Positions 48,751 through 61,611 of a stretch of 64,000 bases of DNA are shown one piece after another; within the stretch, counting starts at the first letter, position 1; every line of letters starts with the position of its first letter. The position numbers and the translations under genes are program-made. Below the pieces are notes generated by a model. It worked only from the letters and a program-made list of their open reading frames with translations, did not search any database and was not told the DNA's origin. The stretch is from the NCBI GenBank assembly GCA_951406725.2, contig OX597817.1, positions 103,974,001 to 104,038,000 on the forward strand, read 5' to 3'. Origin of the DNA: Octopus vulgaris. Lineage: Eukaryota.

Positions 48751-50245
48751 AAGGTGTTAGAGTCAATGTAGCAATGACCAAAGTTCTAGTAAGTAGGGAG
48801 GCAAACTCACCACACACCCCTTCAGGTAGGTGGCCCTGCTCGATCTGTAGAAAAGGTGTACGTAGAAACTCCATAAGATGTACCCAGTGTAAGCTATGGA
48901 CACATAAGAGGTGCAGCAACATCAAAGGAAAATTAACCAAGAAGATAGCTTTCATATGCGGCAGATGCACAGGGGCAATAGACACCATTGATATTCAGAA
49001 AACAGATTCCATTACACTCCTGGGGGAGAAACTAGAAGTAGTTGATAGTTTCCACTACCTAGGTGACCAAGTTAGTAGTGGGGGTGGATGCTCAGAGAGT
49101 GTTACCACTAGAATAAGAATAGCCAGGGCAAAGTTTAGAAAGCTTCTTCCCCTACTGGTGACAAAGGGTCTCTCGCTCAGAGTGAAAGATAGATTATACA
49201 ACGCACATGTGCGAAATGCCCTGCTTCACGGCAGTGAAACATGGGCTGTTACTGCGAAGGACATGCGTAGGCTTGAAAGAAATGAAGCTAGCATGATCCA
49301 CTGGATGTGTAATGTCAGTGTCCATGCACAACAGAGGGTAAGCGCCCTGAGAAAAATGTTGGACATAAGAAGCATCGGATGCAGTGTGCAGGAGAGACGT
49401 TTGCGTTGGTATGGTCATGTACTACGGATAGATGAGGAGAGATGTGTGAAGAAGTGCCACTCCCAAACTGTTGAAGGAATCTGGGGTAGAGGTAGACCCA
49501 GGAAGACATGGGACGAGGTGGTCAAGCATGACTTTCGTACGTTGGGCCTCACAGAGGCTATGACGAAAGACCGAGACCTCTGGAGATATGCTGTGACTTT
49601 GAAGACTTGATAAATGAAGTGAGGCCTGCTGTGCTTGAGGAGACCAATTGTGTCAAGTACATCAAATAAAAATCGAATGGATATTGTAGTTGTGATACCC
49701 GTGCCAGTGGCATGTAAGGCCTCATAGAGGAAATGACGAAGGCCAAGACCTCTGAGATATGCTGTGACTGTGATGACCTGACAAATGAAGTGAGTTCATG
49801 GCTCGCAGGATGGCCTGCTGTGCTAACCTTGGATTGTAGAGTGACCCGCTGTTCTTGAGGAGACCTATTGAGTCAAGTACATCAACACCAACATCAAAAT
49901 AAAAATCAAATGGAAATTGTAGTTAAGATACCTGTGCCGCTGACATGTAAAAAGCATCGTCTGAACGTGGCTGATGCCAGTGCTGCCTGATTGGTGTCCG
50001 TGTCAGTGACACGTAAAAGCACCAACCAATCATGGCCATTTGCCAGCCTCCTCTGGCCCCTGTGCCGGTGGCACATAAAAAAGCACCTACTACACTCATG
50101 GAATAGTTGGCATTAGGAAGGGCATCCAGCCGTAGAAACACTGCCAGATCAGACTGGAGCCTGGTGCAGCCTCCTGGCTTCTCAGACCCCGGTCGGACTA
50201 TCCAACCCATGCTAGCATGGATAACGGACGTATGATGATGATGAT
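48751..50245 (+). mobile_element. RTE-clade LINE, 5'-truncated, with an open C-terminal ORF containing a PHD-like finger
   Basis: GVRVNVAMTKVL - CSIC..CTQCKLWTHKRC..CGRC - VDSFHYLG - HGSETW - RLRWYGHV - GRGRPRKTW, stop at 49610. (GAT)n tail at ~50245. Inserted at a (TA)n tract. Confidence 0.94.
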
Positions 50246-50427
50246 ATATATATATAAAGAAACTAAGGTGCATGTTAATATTAAGTTTCATCTTCACACA
50301 CCATCTTGAAAGAAATGAAGAAACAATAAACAAAACCAGCAACAAAGAAAACAATATAATATACAGCACACTTATCAACATGCAATATTTGTCAACAATT
50401 CTAAATAAGAGTCAGATGATAAATTTA

Positions 50428-50832
50428 TCATCATCATCATCATCATCATCATCATCGTGTAACATCTGTTTTCCATGCAGGCATTGGATGGACAGTTTAA
50501 AAGGAGCTGGTCAGCCAGAGAGCTGTCCAGACTTCAATTGTCTGTTTTGGCATGGTTTCTATGGCTAGATACCCTTCCTAACACCAACCGGGTGCTTTTT
50601 ATATAGGACTCGAACAGGTGCTTTATACATGACACTGGCAAGGGTCCTTAATACATGGAACTGTCATGAGTGCTTTATACATGGCACCTGCACAGTTGCT
50701 TTATATGTGGCATCAGTATATAGAGTTTGTACCAACACCTTTCCTACATATCAAACAGGGCCATCTCCCTGAATGGATTTGTGATTTGTCTGTTTTCCTA
50801 CTTACTAGAACTTTAGTTTTTGCTAAATTAAC
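50428..50832 (-). mobile_element. RTE-derived internally deleted element
   Basis: (CAT)n tail and 3' UTR joined to an RT fragment (NLAKTKVLVSRK...WPCLICRKGV). Confidence 0.75.
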
Positions 50833-51297
50833 AAGCTCATATAATAACAAACAAAATTCTGTTTGAAGGATTCTAGGCTCAAAAATGCTGAAAATATTTT
50901 TACAAAATGGGTTTAAAGGATTGTGTCTAAGAGTAGATTAGTCAAAATATTTTATCCCAAGGGACTGCTTATCTAAAATCATGAAACACAGAAATAGACA
51001 AGCAGAATTTGAATTTTAGTATAAAGATGGCACAGTTCTGGTTTAAGCACTCCATATAAACCCTCATACCCATTTTATTTTTTGGAATTTTCAGAAAATG
51101 TTTGCAAATTTGTGTTCTAAACATACAATTATGAAAAGGAAAAAATCTTTTGTGTTTGTGGATTAAGAGCAATCTAGCTGTTAGTTTTAGCACAACTCAT
51201 GACCACCCGATACCTTCTTTGTTTCTTTGTTACTCTAACATGTATTTGATGTTTTTCAACATTTTCCTTCCCATAAACACATTTAATGGAAAAAAGC

Positions 51298-51538
51298 TCC
51301 AACCGATCGTGGCCAATGCCGGACCCCCCTGGCACCTGTGCAGGTGGCACGTAAAAAGCACCCACTACACTTGCGGAGTGGTTGGCGTTAGGAAGGGCAT
51401 CCAGCTGTAGAAACTCTGCCAGATCAGACTGGAGCTTGGTGCAGCCCCTGGCTTCTCAGACCCTGGTCGAACCATCCAACCCATGCTAGCACGGAAAACG
51501 GACGTTAAACGATGATGATGATGATGATGATGATGATG
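51298..51538 (+). mobile_element. RTE 3' UTR fragment
   Basis: GGCACGTAAAAAGCACCC...CCATGCTAGCACGGAAAACGGACGTTAAAC(GAT)n. Confidence 0.88.
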
Positions 51539-52989
51539 CACCCACCTGAGATATGCAACTGAAAAGCTAATTTTATTATTCTTTGCAAGATACAGTTAAA
51601 CAGAATGCTATGCAGAATATTTACACTTTTGTGTATACAAAAGTACATTTATTATTTTTAATGTTTATAGCATATTATTAATACAGTAAAAGATAGAACT
51701 GTACTCAAACATTTATTTACCCTTTTACTCATTTCAGCCATGCAGCTGTGGTCATGCTGGAGCACCAGTGCGAAAATAATAATAATGAGGTTGAATGCAA
51801 ATATTTTTGGCAAGCTATAAGATGGCAACTCTGCAGCATATTTTACAAACTTGTTACTTCACTCTTCCAGCAGAACTAGCCAGCATACAAGACTTGCCAA
51901 AGTTAGCATGGAGTTATAAATAACCAAAGAAGTTAGTTGCCTTTGCAGTCTATATTTCCTAACAGCAGAATAAATTATCTACTTTCTGGTGCCTGAAGCA
52001 GATTTGCAAATAAACACTTCTTGGGAATAAAAACCTCCAATACTTGAATTTTACATAAATGTTTTATAAAACTTATAGTATACTGGATATAATGTTGTGT
52101 TAGATGCTACAAAATTACATCTGAAACTTTCAAAACAGCAGCAACAGAAGCAGGTGCTGCCATCACCATCACCACCACCCCACCTTCTTCATCATCATCA
52201 TCAGCAGCAGCATCTTCATCATAGTGGGTGGGGAAAGTGGGGGGATGCAAGACTATATAGGGCAAGTGGGAGAGGGAGGTAGGTTAACATCTGTAAAGAT
52301 TGGAGAAGGGCCAATATGGTTTGGATGGTTTGACAAGGAGCTGATGATAAGGAGCATGCTCTAATGTCTGCTTTGGCATGGTTTCTATAGCTGGATACCC
52401 TTCCTTAATGCCAACCATTTTACAGTGTATACTGGGTGCTTTTTCTCATGCCACCAGCACTAGCTTGCAAGTCAACAAACCCAAGGAAGGAGGATAGAGC
52501 ATACACATGTTAGATGATGGGTTGATGGGGGGGGGCAGCTGAAGGAAGAGATTGGAGTAGAGCAGATTCTTGTTGTAGAAGAGCTACATGGTTACTCAGA
52601 TTTAGGAGAGAGAGAGAATGAATTAGAGTTATCTCCAAGGTGGTGATGAGGTGTCCAGGGGAAGGGTTGAAAGCAAGCAACAAATCTTGAATTAAAGCCA
52701 AAAAAAATAAGAGAGAAAAGAAAATGGATAGGGCAGTATAACATAAAATACAAACAGGAAATAAAGAATGAAGTTGAAATTTTCCTCCACATAAATATTG
52801 GAGTAAGTATATATGTGTTATAGTTGAAAATTTAATCACCAGCAGTAATTGGCCCATGCTGCAAACAAGGTTTCAACCAATCACTATAATTTTAACAAGC
52901 ATTTATTAAGCAGAATGAATTAATTAGACAGTTCTTGAGTTATGAGATATCACCACTCATTTCTATCTTGACATCACATATCAACAAGA

Positions 52990-53502
52990 CCATCATCACA
53001 TTTAGCATCCGTTTTCCATGCTAGAATGGGTTAGACAGTTTGACTGGAGCTGGTAAGCCAAAGAGCTGCATCAGGCTCCAGTTGTGTTTTGGCTTGGTTT
53101 CTATGGCTGGATGCCAACCACTCCACAGAGTGTACAGGGTGTCTTTTACATGCCACTGGCACAGACACCTTTAATATGTCACTAGCACAGGTGCCTTTTA
53201 TGTGTCACTGACATGAGTACCTTTTATGTGTAATTGACAAGGGTGTCTTTTACATGTCATCAACATGGGTATCTTTTATGGATCTCTAGCATGGGTGCCG
53301 TTCACGTATCTCTGGCACTGGCCACAACTACAATTTCACTTAGCTTGACATGTCTTCTCAACAGCAAATCACCAAAAGTCTCAGTCTCTTGTCATCGCCT
53401 ATATGAGACTCAACATCTGAAGATCATATTTCACCACCTTGCCCCATGTCTTCCTGAGTTTACCTCTTCCACAAGGTCCCTCCCACATTTGAAGATAGGC
53501 AC
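52990..53502 (-). mobile_element. RTE 3' end (ORF end plus minisatellite-like UTR)
   Basis: CCGTTTTCCATGCTAG tail, repeated GGTGxCTTTTAxATGTCAC units and a GRGKLRKTW remnant. Confidence 0.8.
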
Positions 53503-54416
53503 TTTGTTAGAGATCAGTAACAGAGATACACTTCTCATGTTTTCAATTACTGGCATTATTTCTGCATAGAGAATTCTCATACATCATTCTAATGGTTCTT
53601 CCAAACCATTCACCACTACCCTAGTTTATTGACACTCACCAGACAATTGAGTGTGGGATATTGTCAATAGCCTTCTTTAAAACAATAAGGGCACTAGATT
53701 AACTTAATTTTTTAAAGAAGTCTCTTGAAGTTGTCTCACAAAGAAATGGCATATATATTTCCAAGTGCTGACACACAGCCCAACTGCATCATAACAAAAC
53801 TACTTTGTCCTGGACTATTTTTTATTTCAGAAGTTTATTGTTGCTATAATAGGTTTTTTTTCCTTTTTACTAAACTTTCATAACCATATCATTAATGATA
53901 ATGACTCTCAGACTAGACACTAATTTTGAATAATTGTTACAACTGAATATTTGAAAAGCTGTAAGAGTTATAAGAGCAATCAGTGGTCATGTGCAAGACA
54001 GAAAACTGCATTGGTACAAACATGTGCAATGCATATGGACCAATAACAGATATCTAAAGAAGTGCCAAGAGATCCAAGAAGTAGATCTCTTGGCATTTGT
54101 TTGGAAATTTTGGAAGAGGAAAACCATAGAAGACATGGATGAAAGTAGTAAAAGTTGACCTCAGGATGCTGAACCTGAGAAAAGAGATGCAACAAATGGT
54201 GAGATACTGCACTGGAAAGGAGCCATCCAACCCATGTAAAAAAGATATACTTTTATAGTATACATGTAATTAGTACCTTAAATCTACATCCTTTAAAAGC
54301 AATTCATATTTTCATTCTCTAGAGAAATTTATCTATTTTATTTAATCCTTTAAGAATACAAACAAGAAATAAGATATTCCAGAGCAAAAATTAAAGAGTA
54401 AAAAAATGTAGTTTAC

Positions 54417-54527
54417 CTTCTATTGTGTCTTGATAAATGAGACTGTAGTAACATCACATCTTCAATATATTTTTCTCTGGATATATGATAATGCAACAAC
54501 TGGTCTGTAACACCAATAACAGCAAAC
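54417..54527 (-). CDS. CDC45: CDC45 exon (111 nt)
   Basis: (W)FAVIGVTDQLLHYHISREKYIEDVMLLQSHLSRHNR(R), compared with human WWAIVGLTDQ...KY..DV..LQ.HVSRHN. TTTTAG / GTAAAC. Confidence 0.95.
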
Positions 54528-55094
54528 CTAAAAAAAATATGCAAATTTAGATAAGTCTGTATGCCATAGGGGTAGGTTAGGGTCCAGGGCACAAATATTT
54601 CAAACAAAGTCTTTTTGTCTGAGAAAGAAAATGTTTTAAATGTTTATAGTAGCAATAAACATTTGAAGAAAGTGCAGAAGCAATAAGGAAAAAGTAAGGG
54701 GTATCCATGCCAAAAGGATTATTATGAAAGAGAGAATAAAGTTCTATTTACTGTGACAGTAAGCTGCTCAATATTATTATAGTTTGGCAGGCAATCATCT
54801 GCAGCAAATGGAAGAATTAATTTAATAAATATAATTAATAATGATGCTATTCAAAATACTGTTCTCTAGTTCTACAAAAGAAAATGAATAATGGATTCAT
54901 AATTCTAATGAGAAATAATGTTCATTGATCACATGACTGGTTTAAAGCATGTTGCATGTTCTCCTTATTAATTTTTGGTGAGTGAACGCATGGTGGTCAG
55001 CTGACCAAGAGGTGAGAAGCCAGGTGACAATGTACTACAGTTGGTGTGAAGTTGGGTAACAAAGAACTAGTTGGTGTGAAACCAGATGATGAAG

Positions 55095-55968
55095 AGCCAC
55101 ATGTTCACCACACAACTCCTTCTCATTGCAAAACTCCAACAGCATCCTTCCTTCCATATTTCGTTCCCCGATTCCATTTCCCCTATGCACACCCTCAAAA
55201 GCCCTGGATCCATTTCCCAGCATGTCTATTAAAATTACCCATGCCAAAAAGCAGTTCATCTATCTTATGTAAGTCCCACTTGCCATTTCATCAAAGAACC
55301 ACTCTTTCTCAGTGATCCCTCTTCCAATTTGCAAACCATACTCACAAACCACTCTCACCACTTCTTCCGCAAATTCTGATACTACTGTCATCACTCTGTC
55401 ACTCTTTCTCCTGACTTCCTCTTCCTTCTCACAGATTTTTTCCTTCACTAAAGCTCCCATACCTCCAGTCCCTTTGCCATTTCCCAAGTACCATAACTTT
55501 CTTCCATTGACCCCTCCACACACACCACACACACACAAATCTTGCACACTGGCCCCTCTACCTAACTTCCTACACACGGCACACACTCACCTTCCTCTTC
55601 CTCAATTCCTCACATACCTCAGTTCTCCTATGCAGACTACCCACATTCCAATTTCCCAACGTCACCCCAAGCTTTTCCTCAGGCCCTCAGCCAACATAAG
55701 GCAAGTCATGCTTGCACGAGTCAGGATGAGGGTTCGCACCTTCTTTTTCGAGGTAGGCAGGTGCCCATGCCTCTTTGCTATTGTCATGAGGCTTTTTTGG
55801 AGCTGGATTTTTTATGGGGAGCATACCCTTGCTTTACCCCCGACCTCAGTTTCTAGACATGAATGGTCCTGAGACTAAGGCCTCTACTATGATTTTTAAG
55901 AAATGTGGTGGAAAACTAGCTCAGGAAGGCAGGGATGCTACTCCCTGAGACCTCTTTCGGAGCCCCCC
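55095..55968 (-). mobile_element. 5' portion of a second RTE-type LINE family (5' UTR plus AP endonuclease)
   Basis: KLWYLGNGKGTGGMG, RKSDRVMTV and GVHRGNGIGERNMEGRMLLEFC endonuclease motifs, with a GC-rich leader at 55680-55968. Confidence 0.8.
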
Positions 55969-56004
55969 TACTCACAATAATGTATTATAAGAATTTAAAC
56001 TAAC

Positions 56005-56066
56005 CAGATTAAGTCATTTGTGTCTTTTGACATGGTCCATGCCATTTCCAACATCAGAAGAGCAGC
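56005..56066 (-). CDS. CDC45: CDC45 exon (62 nt)
   Basis: AALLMLEMAWTMSKDTNDLI(W), compared with human [30 protein letters not shown] / GTTAGT. Confidence 0.93.
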
Positions 56067-57821
56067 CTTTAAAAAGAAATGCAAAACAGTTTTTTTAGAA
56101 ATAAAAATAATTTGACATTCATGTTATCATAAAGACAGAAAGATTAAACAGGATAAGATAATACAGAAGTATTGTGAAAGTTGATTGTAATGGATATTAA
56201 TTTTGTATCAAGTATGACAAGTGAAACTAATCATTTTCTTTAACTAAATTAATAATTTCTTTGAGAATAATCTGTTAGTGCTTTGTGATCAAATTTGTGA
56301 TGAAATGCACTATATCATCATCATCATCGTTTAACGTCTGCTTTTGATGGAAAAGTAGCCGTTAGAACAATGATGATGATGATAATGTAAAGAGGCATTT
56401 GTAAAATGCCATTCAATGAGAGGGAACACACAACTCGGAAAGGTTAAAAACCACTGATGTAGTTTAAAGAAGTGGGGTCTTCTCCCACCAGAGCTATTGA
56501 ATGGTCGTTGGCTCTGCTTTGTTTATTTCACCCTCTGATAGGTGTTGTTTTGTGACCTCATTATTTCACTGGTTAAGTGGGACTGTGCAAATAATTTATA
56601 AGGGGTGATAACTCCAAATTGAAATGGAATATTTTATTCATATGGGGAGATAACTATGCTTGATTTGGTACCAAAAGTCTTGAAGCCAACATCAGCAAAA
56701 AAAAAATGTTAGTGGTTTACAGCATTTAGCAAAATATTAATAAGTAATGTAATTCTTGCTTGTCTCAATGGTAAAGTTTTCCATGTGGCTTTCATGGTAT
56801 CTCTTGTGTCTCATTATGTTCATAACAATATAGCTTTCCTTAAAAGATCAGAAGTGGCTATTTGTTAGCATCATCATCATTAACAGCTATTTTTCTGTAC
56901 TGGCATGGGTTTGACAGGTTGACAAAATCTGGCGAGCCACAGGGCTACACATTTCATCCTGATTTTATATGTTGAATTTTGGGTTGTGAGTTCAACTAAT
57001 CTGCAGTTCAAGTCCATTGGTACAGGGATGTATTTCAAAGTTTGTTGTTCACATTGAAGTATGACAAGATGTTTTGTTGAATATTTGTTTGATAATAGTT
57101 TAGATATGCATGTGCTAATGTTACTGGAATGTAAAAATATCGTGAGCAAGTGACTGGAGTTCCTATTTCTTCAATGAAGTTAATGGTATGAGTAGTGCTT
57201 GCTACAATAAACATGTGTGGCTTAGAATTTAGGATATTCGACTCATGATCATGAGAATGTGAAGTCAAGAGTTCAATTCCTGGCAAGAGTTCAATTTTCA
57301 TTATCAACTACATTAACACGTGACAAACCCAACTTATCTAACTAGTGCAGGAGATGCTTGTAGCAAAAATATAGTTACTATAGAGTAAAGAAAAGATGGT
57401 AGAAGTTTAAGAAGTTGTTCATCTGTCAGTTACAAAGGATTTATCAGTTCTAGTGAAAGAGAGACTGTATGAAAAATATATAAAATGTGTTATGTTATAC
57501 TGTAGTTAGATATGAGTACTGAACACGAAACAGCTGTAATAGCTGTAGACAAATGAGAAGAGCATGATCTGTTAGTGTTCATGACATAGAGAGTGTAGGT
57601 GAATTGACTGCATTGATATGCACATATGATGCAATAGGACTATGATTACAAGGTGAAAGGTATGTGTTGTTGGAAGAAAGTGCTTGCATAAAAGAACTAC
57701 CAAGGAAGATGCAAAAAGAAGCGATGGTGTAACAATTATAGCATACTGGGGCATTACAAATGCAGTGATGGAAGGCCATTTTAAGTCATGATATACTGCA
57801 CAATGTACCTATTCATCCCAT

Positions 57822-60800
57822 ACCATCATCACCATTCGTTGTCCATGCTGGCATGGGGTGGATGGTTTGACCAGGACAGGCAAGCTGGAAGACTGCACCA
57901 AACTCCAGTCTGTTTTGGCATGGTTTCTATGGCTGGATGCCCTTCTTAACGCCAACCATTCCGAGAGTATATTGGTGCTTTTACATGCCATTTGAGTGAC
58001 ACCAGTTCTTCTCATGCACAGCATAATGCCAAATAGTCTCAGTCCTTGCTTCCATGACCCAATGGTCGAAAGGTGCTTTTACGTACCACAGGCACGAGTA
58101 CCATTTGCATGACATCAGTATCTGCCACGATTACAATTTTACTTAGCTTGATGGGTCTTCTTCTCAAGCACAACATAATGCCAATGGTCTTAGTCATTGC
58201 CTCTGTGAATCTCAACATTCAAAAGGAGCTCAACCACTTTTCCTCTGTGGGACTTGGCATTTGAAAGGTGCTTTTTACATGCCACCTGCATGGGTGCTGG
58301 TTATGTGACACCAGCATCAGCCACGACTGCAATTTCACTTGGCTTGACAGATCTTCTCCAGCACAGCATATTGCCAAAGGTCTTGGTTACTAATCATTGC
58401 CTCTGTGAGGTTCAAAGTTCAGAGATAATGCTTCACCACCTCGTCCCATGTCTTCTTGGCTCTACCACAGGTTCCCTTCACAGTTAGGAATTGGCACTTC
58501 TTTACACAGCTGTCTGCATCCAACACATCACATGACCATACCAGCGAATTCATAACTTTTCTCTCAAGATGCTTACACTCTGTTGAACATGCACACTGAC
58601 ATTGCACATCCAGCAAAGCATACTGGCTTCATTTCTTTCAAGCCTACGCATGTCCTTGGCTATCACAGCCCATGTTTCACTGCTGTGTAGCAGGGCTGTT
58701 CACACACAGACATCATACAATCTGCCTTTCACTCTGAGGGAGAGGCCCTTTGTTGTCAACAGAGGTAGGAGCTCTCTGAACTTTGCCCAGCCTAATCTTA
58801 TTCTCACAGCTATGCTCTCGGAGCTTCCACCTCCACTACTACCTTGATCACCTAGGTAACGGAAACTATCTACGACCTCTAGCTTGCCCCCATGGCAGTT
58901 GATGGAGTCTATTTTCTGTACATTTTTGGTGTTTATTGTACTTGTGCATCTATCACACACAAAAGCTATTTTCCCTGTTAACGTTCTTCTCATATTACAG
59001 CACCTTTTATGTCTCCAAAGCTTACATTGGGTGCATCTTACAGAGTTACTATCTACACTTTTTCTACAGATATATCAGTACCCATCTACATAAAAGGACT
59101 TGTGATTTGTCTGCCTTCCTACTTACTAAGACTTTGGTTTTTGCTAGATTAACTCTATGGCCCTTCAATTCTAGACCTTGCTTCCATACCTGAAACTTTT
59201 TCTCTAGTTCTGGTAGTGATTCAGCTATAAGAACAAGGTCATTAGCATAGAGGAGTTTCCAGGGACAGCCTGTCTTAAATTCCTGTTATTGCCTGGAGGA
59301 CTATGATGAACAAGAAGGGGCTTAGGACCGATCTTTGATGAGCCCCTATTTGTACCCTGAATTCTTCGCTGTACTCGTTGCCAATCCTCACCTTACTGAT
59401 AGCGTCTTTGTACATGGCTTGTACAGCTCTCCCCAGCCACTTGTTTATCCCTAGTTTCCACATTGACCACCAGATAAGGGATCAGGGGACTCTGTCAAAA
59501 GCTTTCTCCAAGTCAGCAAAAGTTAAGTACAGAGGTTTATTTTTACTAGAAATATAGCACCAATGGTGCTTCTCCCTGGCATAAAACCAAACTTGATCTC
59601 ATCCAGACTAATTCTTCTCTTAATTAGTTGGGCTATGAATGTCTCCGTAACTTTCATCACCTGATCCAACAATTTGATACCTCTGTAATTATTTCTATCT
59701 AAGGCATCAACTTTACCTTTGAAGCAGTTAATTATTGTGCTAATACACCAGTAATTGGGTATGACTCTTTCATGAATCACCTGATTTACAATACAGGTGA
59801 CTAGACCATAACCTACACTGCCATATAATTTAAGCACCTCAGCGGTGATTCCTGAAGGACCAAGGGCTTTCCCTGTTTTCATGTCCTTAATTGCTTTATC
59901 TACCAAGGAGTGTTGATTCGGATAGCTGGTCCCTCAACTGGGTCAACATTTTGCAGACTCTCCTCCTCGCATTCATTCTCTACATTCATCAGTCTTTCAT
60001 AATAACATTTCCAAGCCTCTTTCTTTGCAGAATTACTAAATGCAAGTGCACCATCATCCATGCAGAGACATTTCTCTCTTATAACATCACGATTTTCTCT
60101 CACACACTGTTTTGCAATCCGAAACACTTCAAGTCTTTGGTCCACACATCACTGAACATAGGCAAACTTACTCTTCTCTGCTTCTCCCTTGGCTTCATAT
60201 ACCAGTCTCCTAGCTTCCCTTCTGGCTATCTGATACAATTCCCTGCTACCCTCACTCTTCAAGGTCTTCCGGGCCTGTTTCTTTGCTCTAATGGCCCTAT
60301 CTATGGCAATGTTCCACCACTATGTTACCGTATGTCTGGTTGGGACTTTGCACCACCCACAGATTTGGTCTGTGGCACTCAGCATGCTGCACCCAGTAGC
60401 CCACTATGTGACAAGTTTGTAGCTCCTCCTCCCTCTCATCAAATTTCTCAATCAAATGTCTCTAAATCTCTGACCATATGAAGGGTCCTTAAGCTTCCAA
60501 GTCTTTCTTTTCCAGATTGGTCTGCTTCTTGGCATCCTTCTAGCCTGGAGTCTAAAATTATTATGACTTGTCTATGCTGGGGATACATTCTTCACCAGGG
60601 AAGGTCTTTGTATTTAAGAGCAACCATGCATCCTGCTGCCTGGTGAGAATGTAATCGAGCTGGCTAGCATAGCCACCTGATTGGTAGGTTATCAGGTGAC
60701 TGGTCAGCTTTCTGAAGTTGGTGTTGCAGATCGATAGGTTATTTGCATCACAAAACTCCAGTAGCCTTGTTCCCTCTTTGTTTTGGGAACCAATTCCACG

Positions 60801-61015
60801 GCCCCCATGCACACCATGGAAGATACTGGGTTGCCATCTGACATGCCCATTGAAGTCACCAGCCACAGAGATGAGATCTTCATCATTTGTCTTAAAGGCA
60901 GCCTGTAAAAGAATATCATAAAAATAGCTGTTCTGTTCATTTGGTAGGCCAACTGTGGGCATAGGCAGAGATAATTGATGCTAGGCTATTCTGCAAGACC
61001 AGCCTGAGTTTAAGA
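57822..61015 (-). mobile_element. RTE-clade LINE, ~3.2 kb, degenerate (endonuclease, RT, PHD-like insert, CTD, 3' UTR)
   Basis: AGDFNGHV, EGTRLLEFC, QLDYIL (APE). GKALGPSGI, NYRGIKLL, FGFMPGRST, DLEKAFDRV, HQRSVLSP, LLYANDL (RT). Multiple stops and frameshifts. Confidence 0.94.
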
Positions 61016-61611
61016 ATATCAATATCTAAAAAAAACATAGAAGTGAAAATTCACTCATTATGCAACAGTGCTCCGAGAAAAATAATGAAGTTACATATAT
61101 ATGCATATACAAACACAAGCACACATTTATTCATTCAATTTACTATCTGTTTCAAGTTATTTAATTAATCAATTATTCTTTCTAAAATAAGTCATTTACT
61201 CATTCAACATGACTAAAAATCAATAAACAACATATTCTTACTTAATGAATATAAAATGAGATAAGTAATGAATTGAGTTGGAAACAGTCAACACTTTACT
61301 GTGTTTTTAAAAGTAAGAAAGCCAAATTGGTTAATGTAATCTTTATAGTGTGTGTGATAAAAATAGCATGGTCACAGCTTGAATGCCTTTGGTCATAGGT
61401 CAGTGCTGAACTTGGGTTAAATAACAATGAAGCTGGAAAAATGCCTTCATTTCCTTATTGTATGAAACCAGTTTGAACAGAATTTACATAAAATATCTCA
61501 TGATTAAAGGAAATACTTCACATCAATCTAAAAGTTATTAAGAATGTAATGGATAATATCTGTATGAAATGTATAAAATGGGAAAACAATATGTGATGTG
61601 TTATTACTTAC

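Noticed and set aside
53140-53310. Repeat-spacer-like pattern resembling a CRISPR array
   Set aside because: Degenerate units inside RTE 3' UTRs in eukaryotic DNA, with no cas genes and inconsistent repeats.
53560-53860. Possible Tc1-like transposase remnant
   Set aside because: Too degenerate; no motif could be read with confidence.
55312-55872. 186-aa plus-strand ORF
   Set aside because: Antisense shadow of the RTE endonuclease and leader.
59891-60481. 196-aa plus-strand ORF
   Set aside because: Antisense to the degenerate RTE ORF.
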